Below are positions 1 to 8,574 of a stretch of DNA of 64,000 nucleotides, one piece after another. The notes beneath the pieces were generated by a model. The model searched no databases. It had not been told where the DNA came from and saw only the letters and a list, made by a program, of their open reading frames with translations. Origin of the DNA: an uncultured bacterium. Lineage in GTDB: Bacteria > Desulfobacterota > Deferrimicrobia > Deferrimicrobiales > Deferrimicrobiaceae. The translations under genes and the position numbers were made by a program. The stretch spans positions 734 to 64,733 of the forward strand of contig CAZTFC010000003.1 in assembly GCA_964612075.1 (NCBI GenBank), given 5' to 3'. Within the stretch, counting starts at the first letter, position 1, and every line of letters begins with the position of its first letter.

Positions 1-1
1 G

Positions 2-319
2 GAGCTGGCGGTCAAGTGGGAGGCCTTCCGCGAGCAGGAGGAGATGGCCAAGACCGCCGTCGCCGCGGCCACGAAGGTGGCCAACGACCTGGAGACCGCC
101 GAGCTCTCCGAGGAAGTGCTGGGAAGCGGGCCGCTCGGCGGGATGGACGCCGGCAGGGAAAAGGGTTCGGCGTCCGCCAGGAAGGCCGTCGAGCGGTTCG
201 AGGCGGCGGAAAAGATCCTTGCGAAGGACCGGGAAGAGATCAAGCGCATGCTGGCCGGCACGGACGGCTTCTACAAGCCGCTCCAGTTCTACGTTGCCGG
301 CTGCCTTGCGGGGAAATAG
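2..319 (+). CDS. Hypothetical helical protein, 5'-partial (begins upstream of window)
   Basis: Frame open from base 2 (ELAVKWEAFREQEEMAKT...) to TAG at 319; GC3-rich codons; followed by RBS GGAGG of the next gene. Confidence 0.7.
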   Translation, partial: ELAVKWEAFREQEEMAKTAVAAATKVANDLETAELSEEVLGSGPLGGMDAGREKGSASARKAVERFEAAEKILAKDREEIKRMLAGTDGFYKPLQFYVAGCLAGK

Positions 320-347
320 CCAGGGAAAACGGATACGGAGGCGTGTC

Positions 348-1067
348 ATGAAATATGCGGCGATCAAGGCGGGGATCCTTGCGGGACTGATCTGGAGCTG
401 CCTCCCGCCGGCTGCCGGCGCCGATCCCCTGTTTCTCCCCAAGGCGGAGGCGGGCCCCCCTCTGTTGTCCGCGGCAGAGACGGAGGAACTGAAGAAGGAA
501 GCGGAGCTGCTGAAGCGGAAGGCGACGCTCCTTAAGGCGGCCGCGGACAAGAAGTACGCGGCCGCGAAGGCGCTGCGCCAGAAGGCCGGCGTGGTCCGTT
601 CGGAATCCACAAAGAGCGGCGAGGCGCTGCGGAGCAAGGCGGAGCAGAACGCCGCGATGTCGAGCTTCATCGGAGACATGTTCGGCATCATGTCGAGCAT
701 GGGCGGAATGAGCGGGATGGGCTCCATGACGCAGAACGCGATGTTCGCCTCCCAGCTGACCGGCCAGATGATCCAGGGCCAGCAGTCGGCGGACGCGAAG
801 GCCATGGCGAACGCCCACGCCGCGGCCGGCCAGCTCGCCGCGGATGCCGACAAGAAGGCCGGTCCCCTGGAAATGCAGGCCGAGCAGCTCGAGGCCGAGG
901 GGAACCGCCTCATGGAGGCCCACAACCGGATCGTCGGGATCGCGAACGCGAAGTCGCTGCTCGCGGCCTCCGACGAGCTGCTGAGGAAAGTCGACGCCGA
1001 GGACCGGGGGCTGGAGCGGCTGAAAGAGTCCAACCGGCAGTTCGTGGCGTCGATGACGGGGCTCTGA
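348..1067 (+). CDS. Secreted coiled-coil protein with central Met/Gly-rich segment, hypothetical
   Basis: ATG 348 after GGAGG; signal peptide MKYAAIKAGILAGLIWSCLPPAAGA; Ala/Lys/Glu heptads flank MSSFIGDMFGIMSSMGGMSGMGSM. Confidence 0.8.
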   Translation: MKYAAIKAGILAGLIWSCLPPAAGADPLFLPKAEAGPPLLSAAETEELKKEAELLKRKATLLKAAADKKYAAAKALRQKAGVVRSESTKSGEALRSKAEQNAAMSSFIGDMFGIMSSMGGMSGMGSMTQNAMFASQLTGQMIQGQQSADAKAMANAHAAAGQLAADADKKAGPLEMQAEQLEAEGNRLMEAHNRIVGIANAKSLLAASDELLRKVDAEDRGLERLKESNRQFVASMTGL

Positions 1068-1075
1068 TCCTCTTC

Positions 1076-2470
1076 ATGCGCCGCGCCATGGTCCGTTCCG
1101 GATGGGGTCTCGCGGCGCTGGCCGCCCTTTCCCTTTCCGGCCCGTTCCCCCGGGGGGAGGCCGCCGGGCCCGGGGCCGACCGGCTGTGCGAAAGGGCCGT
1201 AAGGGCCGTGAGGGACGCCGGCGACTTCGAGCGGAAATCCGTGGAGCGGCGCAAGTTCCTCGAAGGCCGGGGCGGCGCCGCGTCCGCGGCCGACGCGGCC
1301 CCGGCGGCCTTGTCGGCAGCCGTCGCCGCTTCGATCCGGGCGCAGTCGGCGCAGGCCCGCCAGCTGCTTCCGACGATCCGGAAAGGGATCGCCGCCGCCG
1401 AGAACGACCGGGGGGTCGTTCCCGGCCTGAGCGCGTACTTCCGACAGATGGATATGGTCGTCTCCTCGGCACTGCAGGCCGTCGACGGGTGCCTTGCCGC
1501 CCCCGAGCGCTGCAATCCCCCGCCGGTGGCCTGCCCCGTCCCGCCGGATATCCCGATCTACAGCCACAGGAACGCGTCCGCCGATATGATCCGCCACATC
1601 CAGACGAGCTACCGGCAGGCGGCGAACGAGGCCCGGCAGGCCTGCCTGGCCCTGAACGCCGCGGTGTCGCGCGACCTCCCGCGGCTGAAAAACGGAGGGC
1701 AGGCCGCGAGCGGGGGCGCTGCCGCCGCGGGCGCCGGGGCGCAGCGGTTCGGGGAAACGGACCTTTATCTCGTGAAGGCCGGGAACTTGAGAAGGGAAGC
1801 CGCGCAGCTTCGCCTGGACGCCGACCGGGCGTCCGGCGTCCGCAACTACTGCAGCGTCGGCCCGCGGCCCGCGGCCGCGGCGTCTTCGGCGGGAGCTCCA
1901 GCGAAATCCGGCGGGCGGGGATTGCCCTACGGGGGCAGGGTGGCGGACCTGAAGGCGGGATGGGACTCGAAATGGAGCAAGGGGCCGCTTTCGGCCTCCG
2001 ACGTTCCCTTGCCGGAGGGGTCCGCCGCCTCCGGCGAGGCGTCCGCGACCGATCGGGTCCGGGAGTACCTGGGCGAAAAGGCGCCCTGGTGGTGGTACAA
2101 GGCGAAGTCGATGTACCGGGAGGCGGACGAGAAGGTGGGGCTGACGGAGTTCATCAAGTCGCGGCCGGTGGAGCTCGTGAAGGACGTGGCGGTCGAGTAC
2201 GTGAACAACAACTTCGGCGCGATCGGGAGGAGCGCGACGACGGGCTACAAGATCCTGGGCGTCACGAAGTCCACCGCCGACGAGGTGGGCGAGATCCTCG
2301 TCGCGGCCCCGCAGGTGATCGCGCACGGCAGCGCGGACGACGCAAGGAAGCTGTACGACCGGTCCAACCGCGTCCCCTTGAAGGTGTACAACGAGCTCTT
2401 CGACGACGTCGTGGGCAAGTTCCCGGCCCCCCGGTACGAGTCCGGGGACGGGAAGGGGCTCCCGCAATGA
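1076..2470 (+). CDS. Secreted hypothetical protein (464 aa, Cys-containing)
   Basis: Signal-peptide-like N-terminus; typical codon bias; ATGA overlap with next gene. Confidence 0.75.
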   Translation: MRRAMVRSGWGLAALAALSLSGPFPRGEAAGPGADRLCERAVRAVRDAGDFERKSVERRKFLEGRGGAASAADAAPAALSAAVAASIRAQSAQARQLLPTIRKGIAAAENDRGVVPGLSAYFRQMDMVVSSALQAVDGCLAAPERCNPPPVACPVPPDIPIYSHRNASADMIRHIQTSYRQAANEARQACLALNAAVSRDLPRLKNGGQAASGGAAAAGAGAQRFGETDLYLVKAGNLRREAAQLRLDADRASGVRNYCSVGPRPAAAASSAGAPAKSGGRGLPYGGRVADLKAGWDSKWSKGPLSASDVPLPEGSAASGEASATDRVREYLGEKAPWWWYKAKSMYREADEKVGLTEFIKSRPVELVKDVAVEYVNNNFGAIGRSATTGYKILGVTKSTADEVGEILVAAPQVIAHGSADDARKLYDRSNRVPLKVYNELFDDVVGKFPAPRYESGDGKGLPQ

Positions 2471-3990
2471 ACGGGTTTCCGGGGTCCCGGCGCCTCCCCG
2501 CGTGGGCGCTGCTGGCGTCGCTCCTCTTCTGGGTCCCTGCCGCCGCGTCCGCGGAGCGGATCACCGTCCGGCGGGTGCTCGACACCTCCTCCCTCGGCAG
2601 TCCCTTCGTCTACGACGTCTCCCCGGACGGCGCGGTCCTGGTCCTCACCGGCGACAACCTGTTCGACGCGGGCTCCGGGAAAAACCTCTTCGGCGAGCCG
2701 CTAAGGAACCCCGCGTGGTTCGCCTTCGCGGGAAGGGGCCTTCGCATCCTCGTGGACGGGGTCCTGTACGCCGTGGACGGCGGGGCGCCGCGGAAGCTCC
2801 TGGACGTTCCCTTGAAAAGCTGCCTGTTCGTCCCGGACGGCGACCGGACTTTCATCTCCGGAGTCCTCCCGGACGGGCGGCCAGCGCTGTTCCTTCACCG
2901 GGAGAGGGAGGGGCAAAAGGCGCTGCTTTCCCCCGACGCCCCGATCGACGCCATGGCGCTCGCGAAGGAGACGCTGTACTTTTCCTCGGGGTCCCGGATC
3001 TTCGCCCTGAAGGAGGGCGGTCCCGCCCGGCTCCTCGCCCATCTTCCCCGTTTTTCCCACATACCGTCCGTCGCGGCGGACGAGGTGAACGGGCTGCTCT
3101 ATTTCTCGGACGGCGACGACCTGTACGCGTTGCGGGGCGGGGACATCCTCCTGGTGCGGGAAGGGCTCGGGGGGATGCTCCGCGCTCGCGGAGACGATCT
3201 CTACGTTCTTTCCTGGCGCGGGAACGCCCTGTTCCGGATGACCGGGCTCCCGGCGGCGCTGTCATCCGCGGGCGCGCTCGCGCCGCTTGCGGACCCCTGC
3301 GAAGCGTCCGGATTGTCGCTCCACTGCAGGGCGGCGAAGGCCCGCGCGCTGCTGAAAGCCCTCGCGGACGCTTCCGGAGACCCTTCCGTCGGGACCGCGG
3401 CCTCGCGCGCGGGACTGGAGGACGAGGTGGCGGTGCGGAGGAAGGAGCTTGAAGGGATCCAGGCCTCCCTCGGGAAGGAAGCGGAAGCGGGGTCGGTCGG
3501 GCTCCGGTGGGGCGGCGGCATCCAGGCGAAGACGATCCGGGCGAGCGAGCCGGTCGCGACGGCCCGGGATGGGTCCGGCGTCATGCTGTGGGACGGGAGC
3601 GAGGTCCGGGTCGGGCCGGACTCGAAGGCGGTCATCGGGGATTGTCTCCCGTCGCGGGAATGCCGGATGACATTGGACGGCGGATTGCTGTATCTCGAGT
3701 CGTTCCGGCCGCCCGTGCGAGGCATGGCGGCGCCGGCGCCCGAAGGGTTCGCGATCGCCGCGGAGACGCTGACCCTGGCTTTCCGCTCGGCCCGGCTCGT
3801 GGTGCACGCCGCCGCCGGCCGGACCGTCGTCGCCGTCCTCGAGGGGCGGGTGAAGGCCGTCACGCCGCGGGGGGAAACGGTGATCGTGGCGGCGGGCGAG
3901 ACGTTCGAGGCGGCGAAGGGCGAGCCGACGGGTGCGCCCGCGGCCGCCGACATGAAGCGGCTGAATCCGTGGTGGGAGAGTATCCGATGA
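2467..3990 (+). CDS. Secreted protein: beta-propeller-like N-terminus, helical linker, C-terminal FecR-like domain
   Basis: ATG 2467 overlaps upstream TGA; signal peptide; beta-strand repeats (YDVSPDG..., FVPDGDR..., VAADEVNG...); FecR-like motifs DGSEVRVGPDS and VVAVLEGRV. Confidence 0.7.
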   Translation: MNGFPGSRRLPAWALLASLLFWVPAAASAERITVRRVLDTSSLGSPFVYDVSPDGAVLVLTGDNLFDAGSGKNLFGEPLRNPAWFAFAGRGLRILVDGVLYAVDGGAPRKLLDVPLKSCLFVPDGDRTFISGVLPDGRPALFLHREREGQKALLSPDAPIDAMALAKETLYFSSGSRIFALKEGGPARLLAHLPRFSHIPSVAADEVNGLLYFSDGDDLYALRGGDILLVREGLGGMLRARGDDLYVLSWRGNALFRMTGLPAALSSAGALAPLADPCEASGLSLHCRAAKARALLKALADASGDPSVGTAASRAGLEDEVAVRRKELEGIQASLGKEAEAGSVGLRWGGGIQAKTIRASEPVATARDGSGVMLWDGSEVRVGPDSKAVIGDCLPSRECRMTLDGGLLYLESFRPPVRGMAAPAPEGFAIAAETLTLAFRSARLVVHAAAGRTVVAVLEGRVKAVTPRGETVIVAAGETFEAAKGEPTGAPAAADMKRLNPWWESIR

Positions 3991-4736
3991 AACGCGCGAT
4001 TCGGCACATTACCCTTGCGGTGCTTGCCGCCTCGCTCGCCCTGGCTCTCGTGCTGGCCGCGGGATGCTCCGCCAACAAGAACTTCGTCTACAAACCGAAC
4101 CCTCCCGCCGCGGACGCGCGGTTGCTCCCGGCGAAGGTGGCGGTCCTCCCGTTCGAGGACGGGACGGAAAGCTTCACCTACCGCGGAGAGCTCTTCGGCA
4201 AGGGCCAATACAACCTGGGGAAAGCCGGGGTCGCGGGAGGGATGGCCGCTCTGCCGCCGGAGTTCTGGGGCAAGTCCTTCGCCGACGAGCTCGCGGCGTC
4301 CGGGACTTTCCGGTCGGCCCGTTTCGTCTACAGCAGGTCCGAGGTCGGGGACGAGGATTTCCTGGTCGAGGGCATCCTCATAAAAGCCGACTTCGCCTCC
4401 TCCTGGGAATACCCGAACGAGATCCACGCCTCGTTCCGCGCCACGCGGCTGTCCGACGGGAAGCCGGTATGGGAAAAAGAGGCGGGCGCATCGTGGAAGT
4501 CGCCGGACATTTCCACGGCGTGCGCCGTCAGCATGAAGTGTTCGATCGGGAAGGCGCACGAGGACTGGAACCGGCGGATGAACGCCGTCCTGGCCGAGGC
4601 CCGGATAGACTTCGTCGCCGCGCTGGCGGCCCTTACGGAAGGCGGGCCCGGCGGGAGCGCCGGGACGAAGGCGGCGGAGCGGCCCGCGGGGGAAACGGTG
4701 GACCGGGCGATCGAAAACATTCTCAAGGGCAAATAA
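3987..4736 (+). CDS. Lipoprotein, paralog 1 of 4 (possible CsgG/LpoB/TolB-N-like fold)
   Basis: ATGA overlap; lipobox LAAGC; KVAVLPFEDG; Cx5C; ends GETVDRAIENILKGK. Confidence 0.85.
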   Translation: MKRAIRHITLAVLAASLALALVLAAGCSANKNFVYKPNPPAADARLLPAKVAVLPFEDGTESFTYRGELFGKGQYNLGKAGVAGGMAALPPEFWGKSFADELAASGTFRSARFVYSRSEVGDEDFLVEGILIKADFASSWEYPNEIHASFRATRLSDGKPVWEKEAGASWKSPDISTACAVSMKCSIGKAHEDWNRRMNAVLAEARIDFVAALAALTEGGPGGSAGTKAAERPAGETVDRAIENILKGK

Positions 4737-4756
4737 ACCGGTTGGGAGGGTAATCG

Positions 4757-5497
4757 ATGAGACGCACGGCACGATGGATCGGTTTTGCGGCGTTCGCGGC
4801 GTTCTTGGCCATGGCGGCCGGGTGCGCGGTCAACACGAGCTTCACCTACAAGCCGAACCCGCCCGCGGCGGGCGCGGCGAAGCTCCCGGCGAAGGTGGCG
4901 GTCCTGCCGTTCACCGACGGGACGGAGAACTTCACCAAGCGGGGATCGGCATTCAGCGACGGCCAGTACAACCTGGCGAAAGCCGGGATCTCGGGGAGCA
5001 TGGACGCCCTGACGCCGGAGCTCTGGGGGAAGGCCTTCGCCGACGACCTGGCGGCTTCCGGCAGCTTCCGGTCGGCCCGCTTCGTCTTCGCTCCCTCCGA
5101 GATCAGGGACGAGGGCTACTCCGTCGACGGCACGCTGAAGAAGGTCAATTTCGCGGCCACGTTCGACTACGCGAACGAGATCCTCGTCTCCTTCCGGGCC
5201 ACCAGGGTCTCCGATAAAAAGGTCGTCTGGGAAAAGGAGTCGGGCCGGGTCTGGAAGACCCCGAGGAACGTGTATGCCGGCTGCGGGATGGGGATCCAGT
5301 GCATGACCGACAAGATGCACGGCGACTGGAACAAGGAGATGGTCTCGATCTTCGCCGAGGCGCGGGCGGACCTCGTGGGGACGCTGGCGGGCCTTGCGGA
5401 AGGCGGGACCGCAAGCGGCCCCGCTCCGAAGGCCGCGGGTCAGGCCGCGGGAGAGTCCGTCGACCAGACGATCGACAAGATCCTGAAAGGGAAATGA
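4757..5497 (+). CDS. Lipoprotein, paralog 2 of 4
   Basis: RBS GGGAGG; lipobox MAAGC; KVAVLPFTDG; Cx5C; ends GESVDQTIDKILKGK. Confidence 0.85.
   Translation: MRRTARWIGFAAFAAFLAMAAGCAVNTSFTYKPNPPAAGAAKLPAKVAVLPFTDGTENFTKRGSAFSDGQYNLAKAGISGSMDALTPELWGKAFADDLAASGSFRSARFVFAPSEIRDEGYSVDGTLKKVNFAATFDYANEILVSFRATRVSDKKVVWEKESGRVWKTPRNVYAGCGMGIQCMTDKMHGDWNKEMVSIFAEARADLVGTLAGLAEGGTASGPAPKAAGQAAGESVDQTIDKILKGK
4996..5146 (+). repeat. 151-bp direct repeat, copy A (copy B at 5753-5903), inside lipoprotein paralogs 2 and 3
   Basis: Manual alignment: 149/151 identical, mismatches at 5021/5778 and 5092/5849. Confidence 0.9.
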
Positions 5498-5513
5498 ACC
5501 TGGGAGGGATCGG

Positions 5514-6254
5514 ATGAACCACGCGATGCGATGCGCCGCCGCAGTTGCGGTCGCGGCGTTTCTGGCCATGGCGGCCGGGTGCGCGGTCAACTCGAGCCTG
5601 ACCTACAAGCCGAACCCGCCCGCGGCGGAAGCGCGGAAGCTGCCCGTGAAGCTGGCGGTCCTGCCGTTCACGGACGGGACGGAGAACTTCACGAAGCGAG
5701 GGTCGGCTTTGAGCGACGGCCAATACAATCTGGCCAAGGCCGGGATGTTCAAGAGCATGGACGCCCTGACGCCGGAGTTCTGGGGGAAGGCCTTCGCCGA
5801 CGACCTGGCGGCTTCCGGCAGCTTCCGGTCGGCCCGCTTCGTCTTCGCCCCCTCCGAGATCAGGGACGAGGGCTACTCCGTCGACGGCACGCTGAAGAAG
5901 GTCTATCTGGCGGCCACGTTGAACTACGCGAACGAGATCCTCGTCTCCTTCCGGGGCACCAGGATTTCCGACGGGAAGGTCGTATGGGAAAAGGAAATCG
6001 ACAAGGCGTGGAAAACCCCGATGAGCGTGAATACCGATTGCGGAATGGCGATCCAGTGCCGGATCGACGGGATGCACGCCGACTGGAACAAGTGGATCGC
6101 CGCCGTGTTCTCGGAGGCCCGGGAGGACCTGGAGAAGAAGCTGGCGTCCGCTTCGGGAAGCGGGGCCGGAGGGGCCGCCGCGGGACATGTGGCAGGTCCG
6201 CCCGCCCCGGAATCCGTGGACGGGACGATCGACAGGATCCTCAAGGGGAAGTGA
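5514..6254 (+). CDS. Lipoprotein, paralog 3 of 4
   Basis: RBS GGGAGG; lipobox MAAGC; KLAVLPFTDG; Cx5C; ends ESVDGTIDRILKGK. Confidence 0.85.
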   Translation: MNHAMRCAAAVAVAAFLAMAAGCAVNSSLTYKPNPPAAEARKLPVKLAVLPFTDGTENFTKRGSALSDGQYNLAKAGMFKSMDALTPEFWGKAFADDLAASGSFRSARFVFAPSEIRDEGYSVDGTLKKVYLAATLNYANEILVSFRGTRISDGKVVWEKEIDKAWKTPMSVNTDCGMAIQCRIDGMHADWNKWIAAVFSEAREDLEKKLASASGSGAGGAAAGHVAGPPAPESVDGTIDRILKGK

Positions 6255-6275
6255 AAGGCGAACGGGAGGGCATCG

Positions 6276-7010
6276 ATGAGAGGCATGGCCCGGTGGATCG
6301 GGATTTCCGCGGTTGCGGCCGTTTTCGCGGCAGTTGCGGGCTGCTCGTCCGGCGCCCGGCCGTTCGTCTACAAGGCGAACCCTCCGAAGCCGGGAGCGGA
6401 ACGGTTTTCCTTGAAGGTCGCGGTCCTTGCCTTCAAGGACGGCACCGACGATTTCACGAGGCGGGGGAGCATCTTGAATCCGGATGGGCTGATGCACAAC
6501 GCTGCGAGATCCGGGTGGCTGCCGGCGGAGCTGTGGGCGAAGACGCTTGCGGAAGACCTGTCGTCCTCGGGAGTCTACCGCTCGGTCCGGTTCCTCTACG
6601 ACCGTTCGGAGCTTCGCGACGAGGATTTCCATATCGAAGGCACGTTGGAAAAGGCATACGTTCCCGGCGTTCCGCATGAAAAGCCCACCGAATACGCTTT
6701 CGCGGTCAAGGCCTTCCGCGGACCGAACAGCGAGCCGTTCTGGGAGAAGACGGTCGCGAGGTCGTTCCTGGTCCCGGGAAACCGCTACGACGGGTGCGGT
6801 GCGAAGGTCCGGTGCATGGTGGACCGCAGCGAGGAGGACCTGAACCGGGTGATGCGGGAGATGTTCGCGGAGGCCCGGGAAGACCTGGAGAAGGCGCTGC
6901 CGGGCCTTGCGGCAGGCGGGGTCGCGGAAGGCGCCGCGCCGAAGGCCGGGGCGCAGCCCTCCGGGGAATCCGTCGACCGGACGATCGAGAAGATCCTCCG
7001 GGGGAAGTGA
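6276..7010 (+). CDS. Lipoprotein, paralog 4 of 4 (most divergent)
   Basis: RBS GGGAGG; lipobox AVAGC; KVAVLAFKDG; Cx5C; ends GESVDRTIEKILRGK. Confidence 0.85.
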   Translation: MRGMARWIGISAVAAVFAAVAGCSSGARPFVYKANPPKPGAERFSLKVAVLAFKDGTDDFTRRGSILNPDGLMHNAARSGWLPAELWAKTLAEDLSSSGVYRSVRFLYDRSELRDEDFHIEGTLEKAYVPGVPHEKPTEYAFAVKAFRGPNSEPFWEKTVARSFLVPGNRYDGCGAKVRCMVDRSEEDLNRVMREMFAEAREDLEKALPGLAAGGVAEGAAPKAGAQPSGESVDRTIEKILRGK

Positions 7011-7014
7011 GCGG

Positions 7015-8361
7015 TCAGGCGCCCTTTCCCTTGAAGTACAGGTACACCGGCACGCCCGACAGGACGCAGGCGACCGCCAGCGACGACTCGACCGGACGCT
7101 CGAAGAACGACAGGACGAGGACCCCGGTCCCGGCGGCGAGATAGGCCGCCGGGGCCCACGGGTAGCCGGGAAAGGCGGTTCTTTCGCCCGGGGGCGCGCC
7201 CCGCAACACCTTCAGCCGGAAGACGCCCGCGGCGGCGAGAAGCGGGAAGATCCCCAGCGCGAATCCCATCACGGTCAGGATCTGGTCGAACGTCCCCGTG
7301 AGCGCCATCAGCGAGGAGACGGCGCCCTGCAGGGCGATCGAGCGCCCCGGGGCCCCGGTCGCCGGGTTTACGGCCGCCAGACCCCCGAAGAACAGCCGGT
7401 CCTTCGCCATGGAGTAGTACACCCGGGGGCCCAGGATGAGGAACGCGCTCAGCGACGAGAACAGGGCGAACGCGACCAGGAGCGAGAAGGCGGTCTCCAT
7501 GGAGCGGCCGAAGAGCTTCCCCATGGCCAGCCCGCCGATCGCTATGACCCCCTTCATCTCTTCCGGCGGCACCGCGTAGACGAACACGACGTTGATGAGG
7601 ATGTACAGCGCGGTCACCGCTCCGGTCCCCAGCAGGAGCGACCGAGGGAGCGTTCTCTCCGGGTCGCGGATCTCCGAGCCGATGTAGGTCGCCGCGTTCC
7701 ACCCGCTGTAGGCGAACAGGATCCACATCAGGGAGAGCCCCGCCGTCTTCATCCCCCCGAAGGAGAAGGGAAGCGGGTCCCCTTGCGCGAAGTGGGAGGA
7801 GCTGCCCGACCCGAGCAGGAGGCCGCCCAGTATCAGGCAGGCGATCAGCCCCATCTTGAAAAACGTCAGGACGTTCTGCACCCGCGCGCCGAACTCGATC
7901 CCCCGCAGGTGGATCCCGGTGAAGAGCCAGATCACGGCGATGGAGAGCGCTTTCTTGAAGACCGCGGGGTTCCCCCCGTCGAGGAGCCGGGGGAACGCCT
8001 GGAAGAAGTATTCGGAGCAGCCGATGGCCGACGCCGCGATCGGGGCGGAGAACCCGACGAGGAAGGAGGTCCACCCGGCGAGGAACCCCAGGAGCGGGTG
8101 GTAGAGCCGGGAGAGGAAGACGTACTCGCCGCCCGCCTCCGGCATCGCGGCGCCCAGCGCCCCGTAGGTCAGCGCGCCGCAGAGGGCGACGATTCCCCCG
8201 GCGACCCACAGGGCGAGCATGAGGAGCGGGTCCCCGAGAGCGGCCAGGATCAGCCCGCTGGTGGTGAAGATCCCCGAGCCGACCATGTTGGCGATGACGA
8301 CGTTCGTCACCGGGAACAGGCCGAGCTTCCTCTCCAGGCCTCTGCCGGGTCCGTCTCCCAC
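7015..8361 (-). CDS. APC-family amino acid permease
   Basis: Motifs VIANMVGSGIF, GALTYGALGAAMPEAGGEYVFL, FAYSGWNAATYIGSEIRDP; about 12 TM segments. Confidence 0.92.
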   Translation of the reverse strand: MGDGPGRGLERKLGLFPVTNVVIANMVGSGIFTTSGLILAALGDPLLMLALWVAGGIVALCGALTYGALGAAMPEAGGEYVFLSRLYHPLLGFLAGWTSFLVGFSAPIAASAIGCSEYFFQAFPRLLDGGNPAVFKKALSIAVIWLFTGIHLRGIEFGARVQNVLTFFKMGLIACLILGGLLLGSGSSSHFAQGDPLPFSFGGMKTAGLSLMWILFAYSGWNAATYIGSEIRDPERTLPRSLLLGTGAVTALYILINVVFVYAVPPEEMKGVIAIGGLAMGKLFGRSMETAFSLLVAFALFSSLSAFLILGPRVYYSMAKDRLFFGGLAAVNPATGAPGRSIALQGAVSSLMALTGTFDQILTVMGFALGIFPLLAAAGVFRLKVLRGAPPGERTAFPGYPWAPAAYLAAGTGVLVLSFFERPVESSLAVACVLSGVPVYLYFKGKGA

Positions 8362-8489
8362 CTCTGCCCGTCTCCTGTTCGCGGGATCCTTCCGGCGGCG
8401 TCGCGCCTTCGGCCGCCACGGCGCAGTATACCCTTTCAGCCCCCCGTTCGGTTTCCGGGTGTCCCCGCGCGCGAAATTTTCCTGTTAGC

Positions 8490-8516
8490 TCAAGTTTTTC
8501 AGCAAATTACCGATAA
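8490..8516 (+). promoter_or_regulatory. Sigma28 (FliA)-like promoter
   Basis: TCAAGTTT-N11-ACCGATAA versus consensus TAAAGTTT-N11-GCCGATAA; intergenic, correct orientation. Confidence 0.6.
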
Positions 8517-8574
8517 GACAAACGGTCCTTTGCCGTCTCGGGCACAGGACAGGAAAGGATGGGCGGGTACCCCC

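Noticed and set aside
1102-2466. 962-aa ORF 1102-3990 as one protein
   Set aside because: The N-terminal part is an Arg/Gly-rich shadow frame over the 1076-2470 gene; the real start is the coupled ATG at 2467.
3987-7010. Diversity-generating retroelement acting on the lipoproteins
   Set aside because: No reverse transcriptase in the window; the two mismatches in the repeat are C/T rather than adenine-specific, and both copies are coding.
6907-8574. 930-aa ORF 6907-9699
   Set aside because: The upstream part is antisense to the APC permease; GT2 homology starts at 8575.
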